A stretch of DNA of 63,438 nucleotides, filler included, from Craspedostauros australis (lineage: Eukaryota): the NCBI GenBank assembly GCA_030167865.1. It is 19 parts of 19 records of this genome, joined end to end, with 100 filler letters (N's around TTAATTAATTAA, not from the genome) between each part and the next. Parts side by side here need not be neighbours in the genome. Positions count along the whole stretch, not along the records: positions 1 to 27,458 come from JALAGF010000608.1; 18 more parts are not named here. One strand, written 5' to 3'. Under the pieces are notes generated by a model that saw only the letters and a program-made list of their open reading frames with translations, made no database searches and had not been told where the DNA came from. The first letter of the stretch is position 1. The number at the start of each line of letters is the position of its first letter. Made by a program: the position numbers and the translations under genes. This document shows positions 11,614 through 23,350 of the stretch, one piece after another.

Positions 11614-13800
11614 ATGACGACCACCAAGATGAAGGACCACGCAGACAGCAAGTACACGGAGGAGTACTTCCAGAACCGCATCAATGAGCTGACGGAGGAT
11701 CTTGTGAAGAATCATCTGCCATCCGGTGGTCAGCGCAGTGATGCAGTCTTCGCCGGTCATGAAGTCCGCAGCAAGGGCGAGATACCGTTCGCAGATTTCG
11801 CACAGGCCTGCACGTCGGTCCAGGCCAGCAACGATGCCGTCGTGAAGGCCAAGAAGTTGGTCGACAAGATCAACGCGGACAAGGACCTTTACACGAACGA
11901 GGATGAATGGACGAAGACGCAGACGATGGTGGCGGACATATCTCAGACTGCGACGCAGGCCTACGACCAGACCGTGCTCACGGCCGAGGCCATTGCGGAG
12001 CCGTTGTTGACGCAGTACGTGCTTCCCAAGTTGTGGAACAACATCATCGAATTGCCTGTCCTGGAATGCACGCTCCTCATCGAGGCAACGCCCAAAGGTC
12101 TGGCAGATTGGGTGGCGCTGAATCCTGACAAGAACTCGGGACTTCTGGACGCATGCTTGCAGGATGTCAACGTGATGAGGGAGATCGTCATGGCTGGCGG
12201 GCCTGCTGATGGACACCTGGGTCTGGCTTTGGAGCTTTACGATACTCTCCTGGCCAGTTGGAGGGATGCGCGTCAACAACAACAAGGAGAGCACGGAGAG
12301 CACGGAAAGAGCGACGATGACGATGTGCCTGCCTTGGTGCAAGCCATTGCTCGAGCCACATCGCTGCAGCTGGCTACCCCAATCAACGTCTTCGCGCACG
12401 CCCCCACCGATGACAACCCACAGACCATCGATCCGGTGGATCGGTTCTGGCACTACGTCAAGGCCCACGATGCCGGTGAGCTTGATGAGCAGTTCGACAA
12501 GCTCGACCTCTGGACGCTCAGGATGGCCATGGACAGCGATGCGCCCAGCGATCAGCTGCAGTGGGCGCGCGACATGATCAAGGTCTACCGTCCTGACTAC
12601 TTCTTGCGTCAGGATCAATGGCAGTACTGTCGCATCGTCAGGTCGGACGTGGGCTATCGTCACCCGGATGGTCCCATGGATACCTACCCCAACGTCCTCT
12701 CCAGCGGCGGCGAATGCGGTCCACGCGCCTGGTTCGGACGGTACATGTGCAAGGCATTCGGTATGCCAACCTGGGGCCTGCGCCAGCCAGGGCATGCGGC
12801 GATGTCTCGGTGGGTGCCATCCCGCGGTTGGGTGACGTGCCTGGGTTTGGACTTCGACAAGAGCTGGTGGAAGGACAGCAAGTACCCCGGCGGTCGACGC
12901 GAAGGGTTGGATTTCTTGGCGGAGTGCCACGCGCGTGAGGCCACAACGCCGGAACTCTACTATCGCACGGTCCGCATCTTGGAGTGCGTCTCAGTGATCC
13001 TGGGGCAGGCCATTGTCGGCATCTACGATCCCGCTGGGCTTTGGAGAAGCTTGAGCCTCGCGCAACGCAACATCCATGCGCACAAGTACGTGCCACCCAC
13101 GGTGCGCGAGAATGGAGAGGCGATGCAACCATGGGTTGGATGCCACCGTACTGGTACCAAGCACTTCGCAGTTGGGATCTGTGCAAAGTTCACAGCGCAG
13201 ACTACGATTGGTGACAACAACGAGATCATCATCCCTGCCACGTCTTTCACGGACCCGGCATCTGATACGGACAGCGTGCTCACGATGCCCAGCTTCCTCG
13301 AAGGTGGAACCCAATTGCATTTGCGAGATGGTGGCGGCGTCACTTACACGCTGCCCGAGTTTGGAGCGGGATGGGGCGGCAGAGGCGATGATGAGAAATC
13401 GTACTCGTTGACATTTCGATACGCCACCGTGCATCGTCACCAAGTCCCCATCCAGATTACCGTCGAGACCAACGATCCAGATCGTTCGTCGGGCAAGACT
13501 GAGAGTGTGCCGATTATTGCCAACGTCAGCGTAACTGTCGATGGCAACGACGATACGGCACGCTCGTACGACGATTGTTCGGTGCCACTGTCCGATTCGT
13601 CCATCAAGAGCGATGGACAATGCAACGACGGCAATCTCAAGGACAACTCCTACACAATTGAGCCAGGATACACTGTCGGCAAGTGGGCCACATCGGATCC
13701 AATTCTGATCTCCATCAGCTCCGGTTGCAAGCTCGCAATGACGCGTGAGAGTCCAGCCTTCGGAATCACCATCAAGGACTTCATGTTGGTGCCCAACTGA
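11614..13800 (+). CDS. Intronless 728-aa protein with transglutaminase-like (papain-fold) core and beta-sandwich C-terminus
   Basis: Long ORF. Motif GGECGPRAWFGRYMCKAFGMPTWGLRQPGHAA...GWV matches the TGase-like GxC..A....RAxGIP...H....GW pattern. Confidence 0.75.
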   Translation: MTTTKMKDHADSKYTEEYFQNRINELTEDLVKNHLPSGGQRSDAVFAGHEVRSKGEIPFADFAQACTSVQASNDAVVKAKKLVDKINADKDLYTNEDEWTKTQTMVADISQTATQAYDQTVLTAEAIAEPLLTQYVLPKLWNNIIELPVLECTLLIEATPKGLADWVALNPDKNSGLLDACLQDVNVMREIVMAGGPADGHLGLALELYDTLLASWRDARQQQQGEHGEHGKSDDDDVPALVQAIARATSLQLATPINVFAHAPTDDNPQTIDPVDRFWHYVKAHDAGELDEQFDKLDLWTLRMAMDSDAPSDQLQWARDMIKVYRPDYFLRQDQWQYCRIVRSDVGYRHPDGPMDTYPNVLSSGGECGPRAWFGRYMCKAFGMPTWGLRQPGHAAMSRWVPSRGWVTCLGLDFDKSWWKDSKYPGGRREGLDFLAECHAREATTPELYYRTVRILECVSVILGQAIVGIYDPAGLWRSLSLAQRNIHAHKYVPPTVRENGEAMQPWVGCHRTGTKHFAVGICAKFTAQTTIGDNNEIIIPATSFTDPASDTDSVLTMPSFLEGGTQLHLRDGGGVTYTLPEFGAGWGGRGDDEKSYSLTFRYATVHRHQVPIQITVETNDPDRSSGKTESVPIIANVSVTVDGNDDTARSYDDCSVPLSDSSIKSDGQCNDGNLKDNSYTIEPGYTVGKWATSDPILISISSGCKLAMTRESPAFGITIKDFMLVPN

Positions 13801-14111
13801 AGCCCAGCATCGACTTGGGCTATTCAGCTTTCGAGAAGAATGGGAGGACTAGCACAGGCACAACAACGCTTCACAGACATTGCATGATGATGCCCATTTC
13901 TAATACACATTCATACATATTCTTACATTCACATTCGTACAGTAGCTCATACAATAGAGTCCGAAGATGCTTATTCTCCATTGATACTCTATTTACCAAA
14001 GTACATTACAGAACATTCGCAAGAGTAATCGTTGGTGCTTCTGCACCGCGCTGCGCTGCAATGCTGTTGGATCAGATCCACAGCATACCACAGCATACAG
14101 TTCCACTGCTC

Positions 14112-15311
14112 TCACGCGGTTGGCGTCGTCTCCCACTGTCCCGATTTGGAACTCTTGTACATGGACAACGCCACCATGACATCATCATGCGCCCTCACAA
14201 CTGTTTCATGCGCTGCCTCCGTGTCGTTCGCCGTGCAAATGCGATGGATCTCATCCCAAAGACCCGCGAATCCCAAAAAGAACCCGCCCAACCGATCGGA
14301 CGCAAACATCTCCTTGCCTTGCACATGCTCTTCATTGTACAATCGCAACCCGCCAGATCCCGGTTGATCCTTGAACAGACCATCGCCATGAATGATGATC
14401 TCTCCTTCGTCCCCCGTGATTCGAAAGTAAGGACACGCATCATGCGCCATCGGCGCCGTCGCCAGCATGCTGCAGCTGTAGGTGCCAACGAGCGGCCCCG
14501 AATCCTGCGGCTGCCGCAGGTACTCATGTGCGCCGTCCGCATCGAACTGAAACAGCGCATGCCCCAGCGACTCGCCTTCCATTCGCAATCGCGGCGCCAG
14601 ATTGCGGCGCGTGACGCCCACGACGCGTGCGATGCGGCCGCACATCTCACGCAGTGGACGGATCCAGTGCAAGCCACCGTCAATTGCGATGCCGCCGCCG
14701 GCGCGTTGCAGAGATCCCCGCCAACCCAGTCCGCCGTCCGTGCCGACGTCGCCGCTCGTGACATTGTCGCGCATGGATTCGTAGTAGTAGGCCGCGGCGG
14801 AGACGACGTGCCCGATGGCGCCGTCTCGGATGAGCCGTTTGGCGAGCACCACTTCTTGCCAGTGCGGGGATTGTTCCGCGATAATGAGCATCTGGGGATT
14901 GTCGGATTGTTGCAGCAGCTGCTTGGAGACCTTGACCAGAGCTTGGCAGTCGGCGACCGTTGGCGCTAGTGGCTTCTCCATAACGACCGTCTTGTTGGAT
15001 GCCAGCGCTTGCAATGCCAATGCCTTGTGCAGATCGTGAGGCACAGCGATGAAGATGACTTGAACGGCATCCAGCACCGATGCATCCTGAAGCAGGGTGT
15101 CGAAGGTGTCGTATTCGGCTGGCTTGGCTCCTTCTGACACGGATCCATCCTCCAGCAGCTGCGATGAGATGACCTGACGTCGCTGGGCATTGGGATCCAC
15201 CAGCGCGCGGACCTGATACTTGCCCGACAGTCTGGTGGCGATGGCATGCAGATGGTGCGTCACAATCTGGCCGCATCCCACGATGGCAAGTCCGATCCGT
15301 GCGTCTGTCAT
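14112..15311 (-). CDS. Gfo/Idh/MocA family NAD(P)-dependent oxidoreductase (399 aa)
   Basis: N-terminal IVGCGQI Rossmann motif, IAVPHDLH, VVMEKPLA, GGGIAIDGGLHWI. Confidence 0.93.
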   Translation of the reverse strand: MTDARIGLAIVGCGQIVTHHLHAIATRLSGKYQVRALVDPNAQRRQVISSQLLEDGSVSEGAKPAEYDTFDTLLQDASVLDAVQVIFIAVPHDLHKALALQALASNKTVVMEKPLAPTVADCQALVKVSKQLLQQSDNPQMLIIAEQSPHWQEVVLAKRLIRDGAIGHVVSAAAYYYESMRDNVTSGDVGTDGGLGWRGSLQRAGGGIAIDGGLHWIRPLREMCGRIARVVGVTRRNLAPRLRMEGESLGHALFQFDADGAHEYLRQPQDSGPLVGTYSCSMLATAPMAHDACPYFRITGDEGEIIIHGDGLFKDQPGSGGLRLYNEEHVQGKEMFASDRLGGFFLGFAGLWDEIHRICTANDTEAAHETVVRAHDDVMVALSMYKSSKSGQWETTPTA

Positions 15312-15402
15312 GATGATGATGATGGCGTTTGCTTGCTGTCTTCTTTCGTCTTGACTTGGTTTCGGCTTGTTGCGACGCTAAATCACAATCTCGCTCTCAC
15401 TC

Positions 15403-15404
<2 letters not shown>

Positions 15405-15432
<28 letters not shown>
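15405..15432 (+). repeat. (GA)14 microsatellite upstream of the oxidoreductase gene
   Basis: Directly visible. Confidence 0.9.
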
Positions 15433-15434
<2 letters not shown>

Positions 15435-16052
15435 CGTCGAACAAGAGGGAAGGGTCGAAGATCGTTGCTTCGAACGATCGCTGCCGATGATGGGCTGCAT
15501 GGAGGGGTGATGTCGGAGGAGCATCGTCCCTCTTTGTGACACATCAGATCACCGTGTCATTTTTTGGACAACGATGTGACACGCGCTGATGCATGACGTC
15601 ATGGATTGTTGATGCACGTTTGAAAACTCACAATCTTGTATTGGGACTTATTAAGTACTAAATCCATCCACAATACACGTTTGGAAACATCAAAACGAGA
15701 ATCCAACTCTGCACATCGACTCACTCGATCTCATGGACAACCAAATTGCCTCGGTCAAGAAAGAAGATGTCCGCAATGGAAACAAACGCTGTTGACGTCG
15801 GCGGCAGCGTGGACATGGTGTCAAGGAGAGCGACGCCGCAGTTTGGATCGTTGGTGGGTGGAGAAAGCACGGTCTTCGGGCAGATCAGCCGCCTTCTTGT
15901 GTGGCTTGGTATCTTCATGTGCGTTCATCTTCGTCCATCTCTCCATCTCTCTCTTGAGGTCCATGTCCATTCTCTGCTATCGTATAATATTATAATATTC
16001 ATTAACATCATTCACAGCGCCATTGGGAAAGGCATCGATCGCAATCAATACG

Positions 16053-18890
16053 ATGTCTCGATTGGATCGATGGATCATTGCAGCGCTGTGGCTGCCTCTG
16101 TGTCTGCTGCAAAGTCGCCAGCCGGGACTGCTGTGCTGGGGCTGGAGCAGTCCTCTGGTGGGAGGAAGATGGCAGCAGCAGCAGCGGCCAAAGTGGACGC
16201 CTCTGAGCATGCAGAGAATACGGCCGATGCAGGTGTCCAGGTTGCATGCATCCGAGACGCCTTCCGAGGGCAGTGATGCTGCGACCAACAATGGCAGCGA
16301 CTCTTCGCAGTCCTATCTTTCTTCCTCATCATCGACAACGTCGCAATCGCAGCCACCATCGGCCACGACGATGCAATCTGCAGCCACCTCAAGCCCAGAG
16401 CCGGTCGTCAGTGCGAGTGCGAGTGAGAATGCGAGTACGAATGCGAGTACGAATATTGATGCACACGTCGATGACGAAGCGGACCAAAGCGCAATGTCCG
16501 CATCGCAGGAGCTAAAGCTGAAGGAGGTTGAGGAGATGATGCGGAGGGCAAAGCAACTTCGAGAGGAGGCGCTTGCGATGGAAAACGAGCTCAAATCAAG
16601 GCAGACCACGGATCGGAAATCGCAAGCGGGAGCCGTCGATGCCATGATCAAACGGATCTTCCCCGTCAATGCCACCGCCATCAACGTGGCAGGAATGATG
16701 CGCAAGGAACGATGGTCCTCCAAGCAGGCGCTCTTGGTGGTGGATCGTTTGCATCACCACTACGTTGCGGCTTGGAGCGGACCCGACGAATCGCCCAGCC
16801 CCCAAGTGCTCTCCATCCAGAACATTGACGAGCTCCGGTCCAAGGCGAACAACTTTGACGAATTCAAATTCATCTACGAATGCATCACCAAGCTCACCGA
16901 TGCGGCCGGCATACTGGATAGCGACACCGAAAACGAGCACATCAATCGGAACTTGCGTTGGGAAGGCCGCGTCGTGCCTGCCATTCAAGCTAGATTGCGG
17001 GAATTGAAGCAAGCGGAAGATGCCAGCTGGAGTCGCAAGATGGCGGCCGCCATCCGATCCATGGTGCTTGGCCAAGCCACGGGCAACCAAACTGGGAGCA
17101 TCAACGATCAGGATGCTACCGCTGCTGCCGCCACTACTGGTATAGCAGAAGGTGGAATCGATGCTACTGCTGCCACGGATAATGATCCGCTTGCGTCAGC
17201 CCTTTCGGCCCTGTCATCGGCTTCCATTGCCGGATCCTTGGAACGCGTCGTGTTCATTTCACTCTGGGTGCCATCATCGCTGCTTCCTTACTACGCCACG
17301 TCCAACTGTTCCAACTTGGGACCTGCGGAATACAAACAGATTCGTGATCACGTGTTGTTGGGAAGCCGCTTCTACGTCACATCCTCAGCCTCCATTCCTG
17401 GTGCTGCCATCTTCCGTGGCAACATGAGAGCGCCTGTCCAAGCAGTGCTCGACATGTCTCCACCGCAATCGTCAAACAGGGACAACACTCAGAACGGAAT
17501 CATCGATGAACAGAACGACAACAAACAGCTGACAATCGACACTTCCAATCACACCGCCATGGTCTTTGAGGACATTCAATCACGACTGCGACGGCAGGGA
17601 TTGGCGGACAGGATCGCACTCTTCCTGGTGCCGGATCCGGAATGGGATGCCTTTTCCGATGACGACGAAGGCGATGACACAAGTGCGGATGCTCGCAAAG
17701 GACCGCGTCCTGTCATTATCGCATTCTCCAAAGATATTGTTCCTGACGACACCAAGATCCAGAGAGCATGGTGGAAGACCGGCGTGCGGGTAAGTGACGA
17801 GATGTGTGCTTGTGCGTTGTACTGGCGTGTGCGTGCTGTGGTGTGGATGATGAGGAGAAGGAGGCAAGCAAGCAGAATGGCCATTCAATGTCATGTCATG
17901 TCATGAAGCCTCACCCCGCTTTTCCATTCACAAAACAACCACCGCACTTGGAACTCTTGCCATGACGATGGCACCACGGTGATCACCATCACATTGACAA
18001 CACGATATCTATGACGACAGAAAATGGCGTATCCAGTCTCCATCGCAACCACGTTCGCGTACGCGGTGACATGCTACGCATTGAATCCGCTCTTCCTCGA
18101 ATCTATTTTCATGAAAAACGATGTCAGAGCCCTTACCACTTGCATGCCGGTGTTTATGGGCGTTGTGGGAATTCAGGTCATCCATGAGGCGGCCCATTAC
18201 TTCATGGCCAAGCTGCGCAAGATAAAACTCGGAAGGCCCATCCCCATCCCTTCGCCGCAACTGGGGCTATTTGGCTGCGTCACGCCGCTGAAATCCTTCC
18301 CCAGGAACCGAGCAGCCCTGCTGGATCTGGCGCTGGTCGGTCCGGCCGCATCTGCCATGACATCCGTCGCATGTATCCTACTGGGCATCTTCGCCAGCGT
18401 GCGCGCCTCCGGGGCCGCCATTGAACGATTCCCCGTTCTCCCGGCCGTCACGCTGAAGTCCAGCCTCTTCGTTGGTTCCCTGCTGTCGTGGCTCGCGCCC
18501 AAGGTCATGATGTTGCCCGCCGCGCAGCCCGTTCCGATCCATCCCTTATTCGTCGTTGGATTTTCCGGTCTGGTATCGTCTGCGCTGAACCTGCTGCCGA
18601 TCTTCCGTCTCGATGGCGGACGGGCGTCTTCAGCGGCCATGGGGGAACGGCAGAATGGCGCCATTTCGGCCGCCGCATTGCTGTTGCTGTTGTCGACGGC
18701 GCTGTCGGAAGGCTCGGGCCTGGCCGCTGTATGGTTCCTATCCGTACTGGCCTTCCAGCATCGACCGGAGGTTCCGGCACGGGATGAAGTGACGGAGATC
18801 GATGGAACTCGAATGTCCCTGTGGTTGGGATCGTTGGTGTTTGCCATCTCGGTGCTTCTGCCATTTCCTGGCGCTGTGGGGAGAATGTAG
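16053..18890 (+). CDS. Plastid-targeted M50 (site-2) zinc metalloprotease, EGY-like, ~868 aa; exons 16053-17789, 18021-18890
   Basis: Signal peptide (MSRLDRWIIAALWLPLCLL...CWG-W) plus transit-like stretch. Phase-0 intron gtaagt 17790 .. cag 18020. HEAAH (HExxH), ALVGP and NLLPIFRLDGG (NxxPxxxLDG) motifs with several TM helices. Confidence 0.88.
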
Positions 18891-19665
18891 AGGAGCAGAC
18901 TGCGGTGTTGCGGTGGGTCAAGTTATTTTCCTGTTCGAGCAGAGAACTAGCATTGGATACTCACACTCGTACGCGTACGCATGTACGAGTATGCAGAGAT
19001 GGCGAATGATTTGCAGTAGAACATGCACAAGCAACTGCTTAACTCTACTCACTCCGCTGGTACTCTGCGCTAATGAATCTTTATGCCCGCACTCTGAATT
19101 GCAATAATGATTTCGTGATCGAGTTGAGTGCTAGTAGCAGGTTACATCCATAGATTTTCCAAGTTGTCTGCTGCCTCTTTCGCGTTTATCCTCATCTTTT
19201 GGTGCATGTCGATGCGGCACACGCAGAGACGCTGGAGAACTGATGTGGAGTAGATCGTAGTTATTGCATTGACGCAAACTGCATGAGAGAAAGTCATTTG
19301 ATTTCGTTGCAGAGACGACGAGAGAGCCAAGCGTGAGGAAATGAAACATTATGCGAGTGCAAGGTAGAGGCCGGTACTCGCGTGTGCAAATCGTATACCG
19401 CACGTCACGGTCTGTCAAACACGTGTGAACCGTTTGGTCCGGGATGCAGCAGCGCCAACCAACCGTCAGGAAATAGGGTCAATTCTCTTCATGATGTGCT
19501 CAGAACAGATCTTGGTTAAATGACGATCATCATTCGGTGGAGGGCGCTGCTGGCAAGAATAGTACAGCGCAAGACGAGCTTTCGTTGCGTTGCGTCGCAC
19601 TGTGCTGCGTACCTGACATTGCTGCCGTCGAAAAACCCGAATGGTTTGGCTGGAGAACATGTGGC

Positions 19666-20517
19666 TTAATCCATGAACAATCCCGCGTCGGACTTACGGG
19701 CCGTATGAATGAGCCAGACACCGCCGACCTTGCGCAGCGTGAACTGCAACAACGTGGGCTCGAGACCACCATCGAACCACAGCGCGACGTTGACAAAGGC
19801 AACGTTGTCGACGACCGGAAGACCGCGGCGAAAGGACGTCGTCGTGCCCTGCGTGACATCTAGCTTGCTCCATGCGAGGAGGCCCGAGAAATCCCCCGAA
19901 GCCAGGATGCGTCCCGCCAACATGGCCGGCGTGAGCGACGCTCGCAGGATCGAGTTGCGCCATGCGTCGTCGCTCGTTTGTCCCAATCCCCATCGCTCCG
20001 ATCGCGACAGCGGCAGACAGAATCGTTGGAAGACGGCCGCGCCGTGAGCAGGTTCCGGATGATCCAGATCGCGCAGAGCGTACAGGGCCTGCTTGACCGT
20101 ATCCTTGGGACGCAGCTGCGGCAACGGCGCCGCCGCATCTTCCGCAAATGGACGATCGTAGTCGCCATCGAGGAAAGAGTCGATGGTCATCTCCAACATC
20201 TCTTGCTTCGACAAGGAAGGTTCTGGCTGTGGTTCTTGTGGCGCAGCTCGGGGTCTCCTCCTCTTCTTTGGCTTGCCGATCGGAGGAGGAGCGGGGTCAT
20301 CAATGCCATTGTTGCCTCCGTCATCTCTATCGCCATCATCCTCGTCCGCGGTCGCTCCGTTGGTTTGCATTGCCCGCTGTCTCGTGGTCGAAGCATTGAT
20401 CGATGCTCTGCGGCTCACGCTCAGACCGCCATGATGAAATGGCACCACGTGGGATGGCTGCAAACCAAGGAGCAGCAAGAGGAGCAGGCCATGGAGAAGC
20501 ATGCTTGATGCTGACAT
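19666..20517 (-). CDS. Hypothetical protein with bipartite plastid-type leader (~283 aa), possibly NTF2/DUF4864-like C-terminus
   Basis: MSASSMLLHGLLLLLLLGLQPSHVVP-F leader followed by Ser/Arg-rich transit. C-terminal LLQFTLRKVGGVWLI. The in-frame upstream extension is Tyr/AT-rich and probably UTR. Confidence 0.75.
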   Translation of the reverse strand: MSASSMLLHGLLLLLLLGLQPSHVVPFHHGGLSVSRRASINASTTRQRAMQTNGATADEDDGDRDDGGNNGIDDPAPPPIGKPKKRRRPRAAPQEPQPEPSLSKQEMLEMTIDSFLDGDYDRPFAEDAAAPLPQLRPKDTVKQALYALRDLDHPEPAHGAAVFQRFCLPLSRSERWGLGQTSDDAWRNSILRASLTPAMLAGRILASGDFSGLLAWSKLDVTQGTTTSFRRGLPVVDNVAFVNVALWFDGGLEPTLLQFTLRKVGGVWLIHTARKSDAGLFMD

Positions 20518-21660
20518 CGCTGTGTTGTATAGTATTCTATAATATAATAGCTCGTACGAGTATAATAGTATAATAGTAGCGCCCAGCCTGCCACTGCTCA
20601 CACCACTTCCATCAACATCACCATACACATGATCCTTCCTACTCGATGGTATTGTATTATACTCTTATACTCTACTTGCACCGTCGTTGCACAGGAAGCT
20701 TTGCTGCGAGCGGGTATGCGCAGAATGTGCTGAGATGGCAAGAGAAGCTGGTGATGTGTTGGATTGTGCGATGTCGAGTTTGTGTCTGGACCTGGAACGG
20801 TTGGATCCATCCATCATCGACTGTCGTGTTTTCGTGGTTGTGTTTCGTTTTGTATCAAACTGCCGACGGACAGACTGTACAGAATGGAGAATAAATCAAA
20901 CTACGGCTGTGATGAGCAATCAAACCTAGAGAGACAGCGTGTGTGACGACGAGGAGGTGTGTAGCTCGTAGACATCTATGATTTCATGTCGGTCTTTGGT
21001 AAAAGGCGACCAATCCATCATTCATCAGTGGCGTTGACTCCTCTAGATTGCTGCTCCATGTCTGAGGTCGTGGAGGCATCGCACTGCAGAACGAATTGCG
21101 CGACTGTTGCTGGCCCTGCTCCACGATCTCGGAATGACGAGCACACGATGATCGCGATGGGAAGAATCTTTCGCGACACATGGTACAAAGCTGATCTGCG
21201 CCTTGGGTTGCACTCTCCATCGAGGCTTCTCGCCCACATGATGGATGTTGGAGGTCCAGATGGGTAGGGACGAGGAACGAGCAAGGCGGCAGATGAATGA
21301 TGATGAGCCAGTTTTCTGGCAACACGAGAAGAGGGAGAACCGCCTGGTCCGAACGGTTCGTCGTTCTCACTCTCTTTCCATCCACGGATGCGTTCATTCG
21401 TTCATCCAGGGCAACGAGAACACAGAACGTATCCAAAATAGGAACCCCACAAACAGCGCATCGTCTTTGGCCTTGGACGTTTCTCATTTCGAGCTGTTGG
21501 AGAAACGCACCTTCGTCAAACTGGGCAATAGATCGTGCACGTCGTCGTAACACACACATCCACAATACTGCATTCAACTTCATCCAGGCTGCGACATAAT
21601 AGTATACAATACATAACAATAGATCGTATTCCGCCATACTATACAATCCAGAACGACACC

Positions 21661-23022
21661 ATGTTCTTCTGCGGAGCATCCCCTAAAGACAAGGGCCGCG
21701 CGCCTGACTCTCGCAAGGAAGGCATCGAAGTGATAACGAAACGAGGAAGAGGAGCCAAAGTGCAAGAAGCGCAAGGAAAACCGACAGATCCCTGCCATTC
21801 CGCATCACAGGTCGTCAACGTCGGGAATCCATTGCGGGTCAACCTCGATCAGGACATCATCACCATCCACTTTCACCAATTCTCCAAGCTCCCGCAGGCT
21901 CCCAACGCATGGATCGAATCCGCGGCCTTCGTCTCGCAAGGCCTGCGATGGATTCTGCGGCTGTATCCCAGAGGTCACGATGCGCGCACACCTGGCGACG
22001 ATGCTGCGCAGATCGGCATTTACCTGTGCCGCGACGATGCGTCGTGGTCGTCCACCGACGTCGCCACCCTCCGGTACGGCGTCAGCATCCAGAAGCTCCA
22101 ACGCACCATCGCAGCCGAATGCACCTTCCGCAAGAGCGATCACCGGCCTGGACACGGATGGCCCGACTTTGCGCCGCGCCGCGATGTGCTGCAGCGTGGC
22201 TGCGTCGATGACACGCTCACGCTGATCGTGTCCATGGGCAGCACGGGGCCCGCCGGGCTCCAAACAACGTGGCGGCCCAAGACGACCTTCGATCGCGGTT
22301 GCCTCAAGCGGCTGGACAGGGAATTTAGGGCCAACATCGCCTTCGTCGTTGGGCACAACAAGGAAATCATCAAGGCCAACACGGAGATCGTCTTCTTCGC
22401 GGCGCCTCTCATGGGGGATATCATCGAAGGCATCGACTCCGATGTCGCCACGTCCAAAAACGCAGTCGCCACAAAAAGCAAGGGCAACAGCGGCGATGTC
22501 ATGCGCCAAGTGGAACTGCCCAACATCGAACCCAAGCACTTTCGTTCGCTGCTTCAATTCCTCTACGCTCAGGACACTTCCTTCATCGACAGCGACGACA
22601 CCACGCAATCGGATTTGCGAGCCCTCATCGTCATGGCCAACCAATTCGGATGCTGCAAACTGAAGCTCATCATCGAGGCCGAATTGTGCGATTCGTACCT
22701 CACGAGCGACACCTGCATCGACCTGCTCCTGCTGGCCGACACGCACAGCTGCGCCCTCCTCAAGGACTGCGCCCTCGCCATGGTCACGTTGCTGTGGCCG
22801 TCCCTGCTGGGGCATGCCGATTTCCCAAACCTCGCCAAGTGCGAAGCCCTGCTCGTGGAGATCCATCGCAACAGTCTGGGGCAGGCCTCGAGCGACGAGT
22901 ACGAGAAGCTGTCGGTGGGAGCATTGTACGAGATCTTGGAAACGAGAGGCGAGTTGGATCTGATCTGCGACATGACACGAACGGAGCTGCTGCAGGAAGT
23001 ACGAGCGGGCCAAGATGGATAG
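21661..23022 (+). CDS. MATH-BTB (SPOP-like) Cullin3 adaptor, ~453 aa
   Basis: MATH motifs FVSQGLRWILRLYPRG and GWPDF..R. BTB motifs IEPKHFRSLLQFLY, ANQFG..KLKL..E, LLLADTHSCALLK. Confidence 0.9.
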   Translation: MFFCGASPKDKGRAPDSRKEGIEVITKRGRGAKVQEAQGKPTDPCHSASQVVNVGNPLRVNLDQDIITIHFHQFSKLPQAPNAWIESAAFVSQGLRWILRLYPRGHDARTPGDDAAQIGIYLCRDDASWSSTDVATLRYGVSIQKLQRTIAAECTFRKSDHRPGHGWPDFAPRRDVLQRGCVDDTLTLIVSMGSTGPAGLQTTWRPKTTFDRGCLKRLDREFRANIAFVVGHNKEIIKANTEIVFFAAPLMGDIIEGIDSDVATSKNAVATKSKGNSGDVMRQVELPNIEPKHFRSLLQFLYAQDTSFIDSDDTTQSDLRALIVMANQFGCCKLKLIIEAELCDSYLTSDTCIDLLLLADTHSCALLKDCALAMVTLLWPSLLGHADFPNLAKCEALLVEIHRNSLGQASSDEYEKLSVGALYEILETRGELDLICDMTRTELLQEVRAGQDG

Positions 23023-23350
23023 CGCGGTGCAGAATGTAGGCACGACACAATAGAGCGCAAGAACCATATGGATAGAACAGGTCGTACAAGAGAATTTGGT
23101 GTCGACAAACGGATGGACGGATGAGCGAATGGGGGGAGGAGTACGAGAAAGATGGGGGAATGTGACAGAGCAGGAGCAAGGGCGACTGCAAGTCCGCATT
23201 GGCAAATGCGAAACGCTTTACAGTAGGTCCGCAATGATACTGCTTTTTTCTATGATGCAATGGCAGTTTATTCATCTACGCTATGCTTGTACGGTGCGAT
23301 ATTGAATAAGAGAAATGCTGTACCCCTGTTGCAATCTGCATTGCTTTACG

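Noticed and set aside
11524..12930. Long antisense ORFs over host genes (also 13815-14969, 21805-23205, 24021-24944)
   Set aside because: Expected shadows of GC3-rich coding sequence with no motifs.
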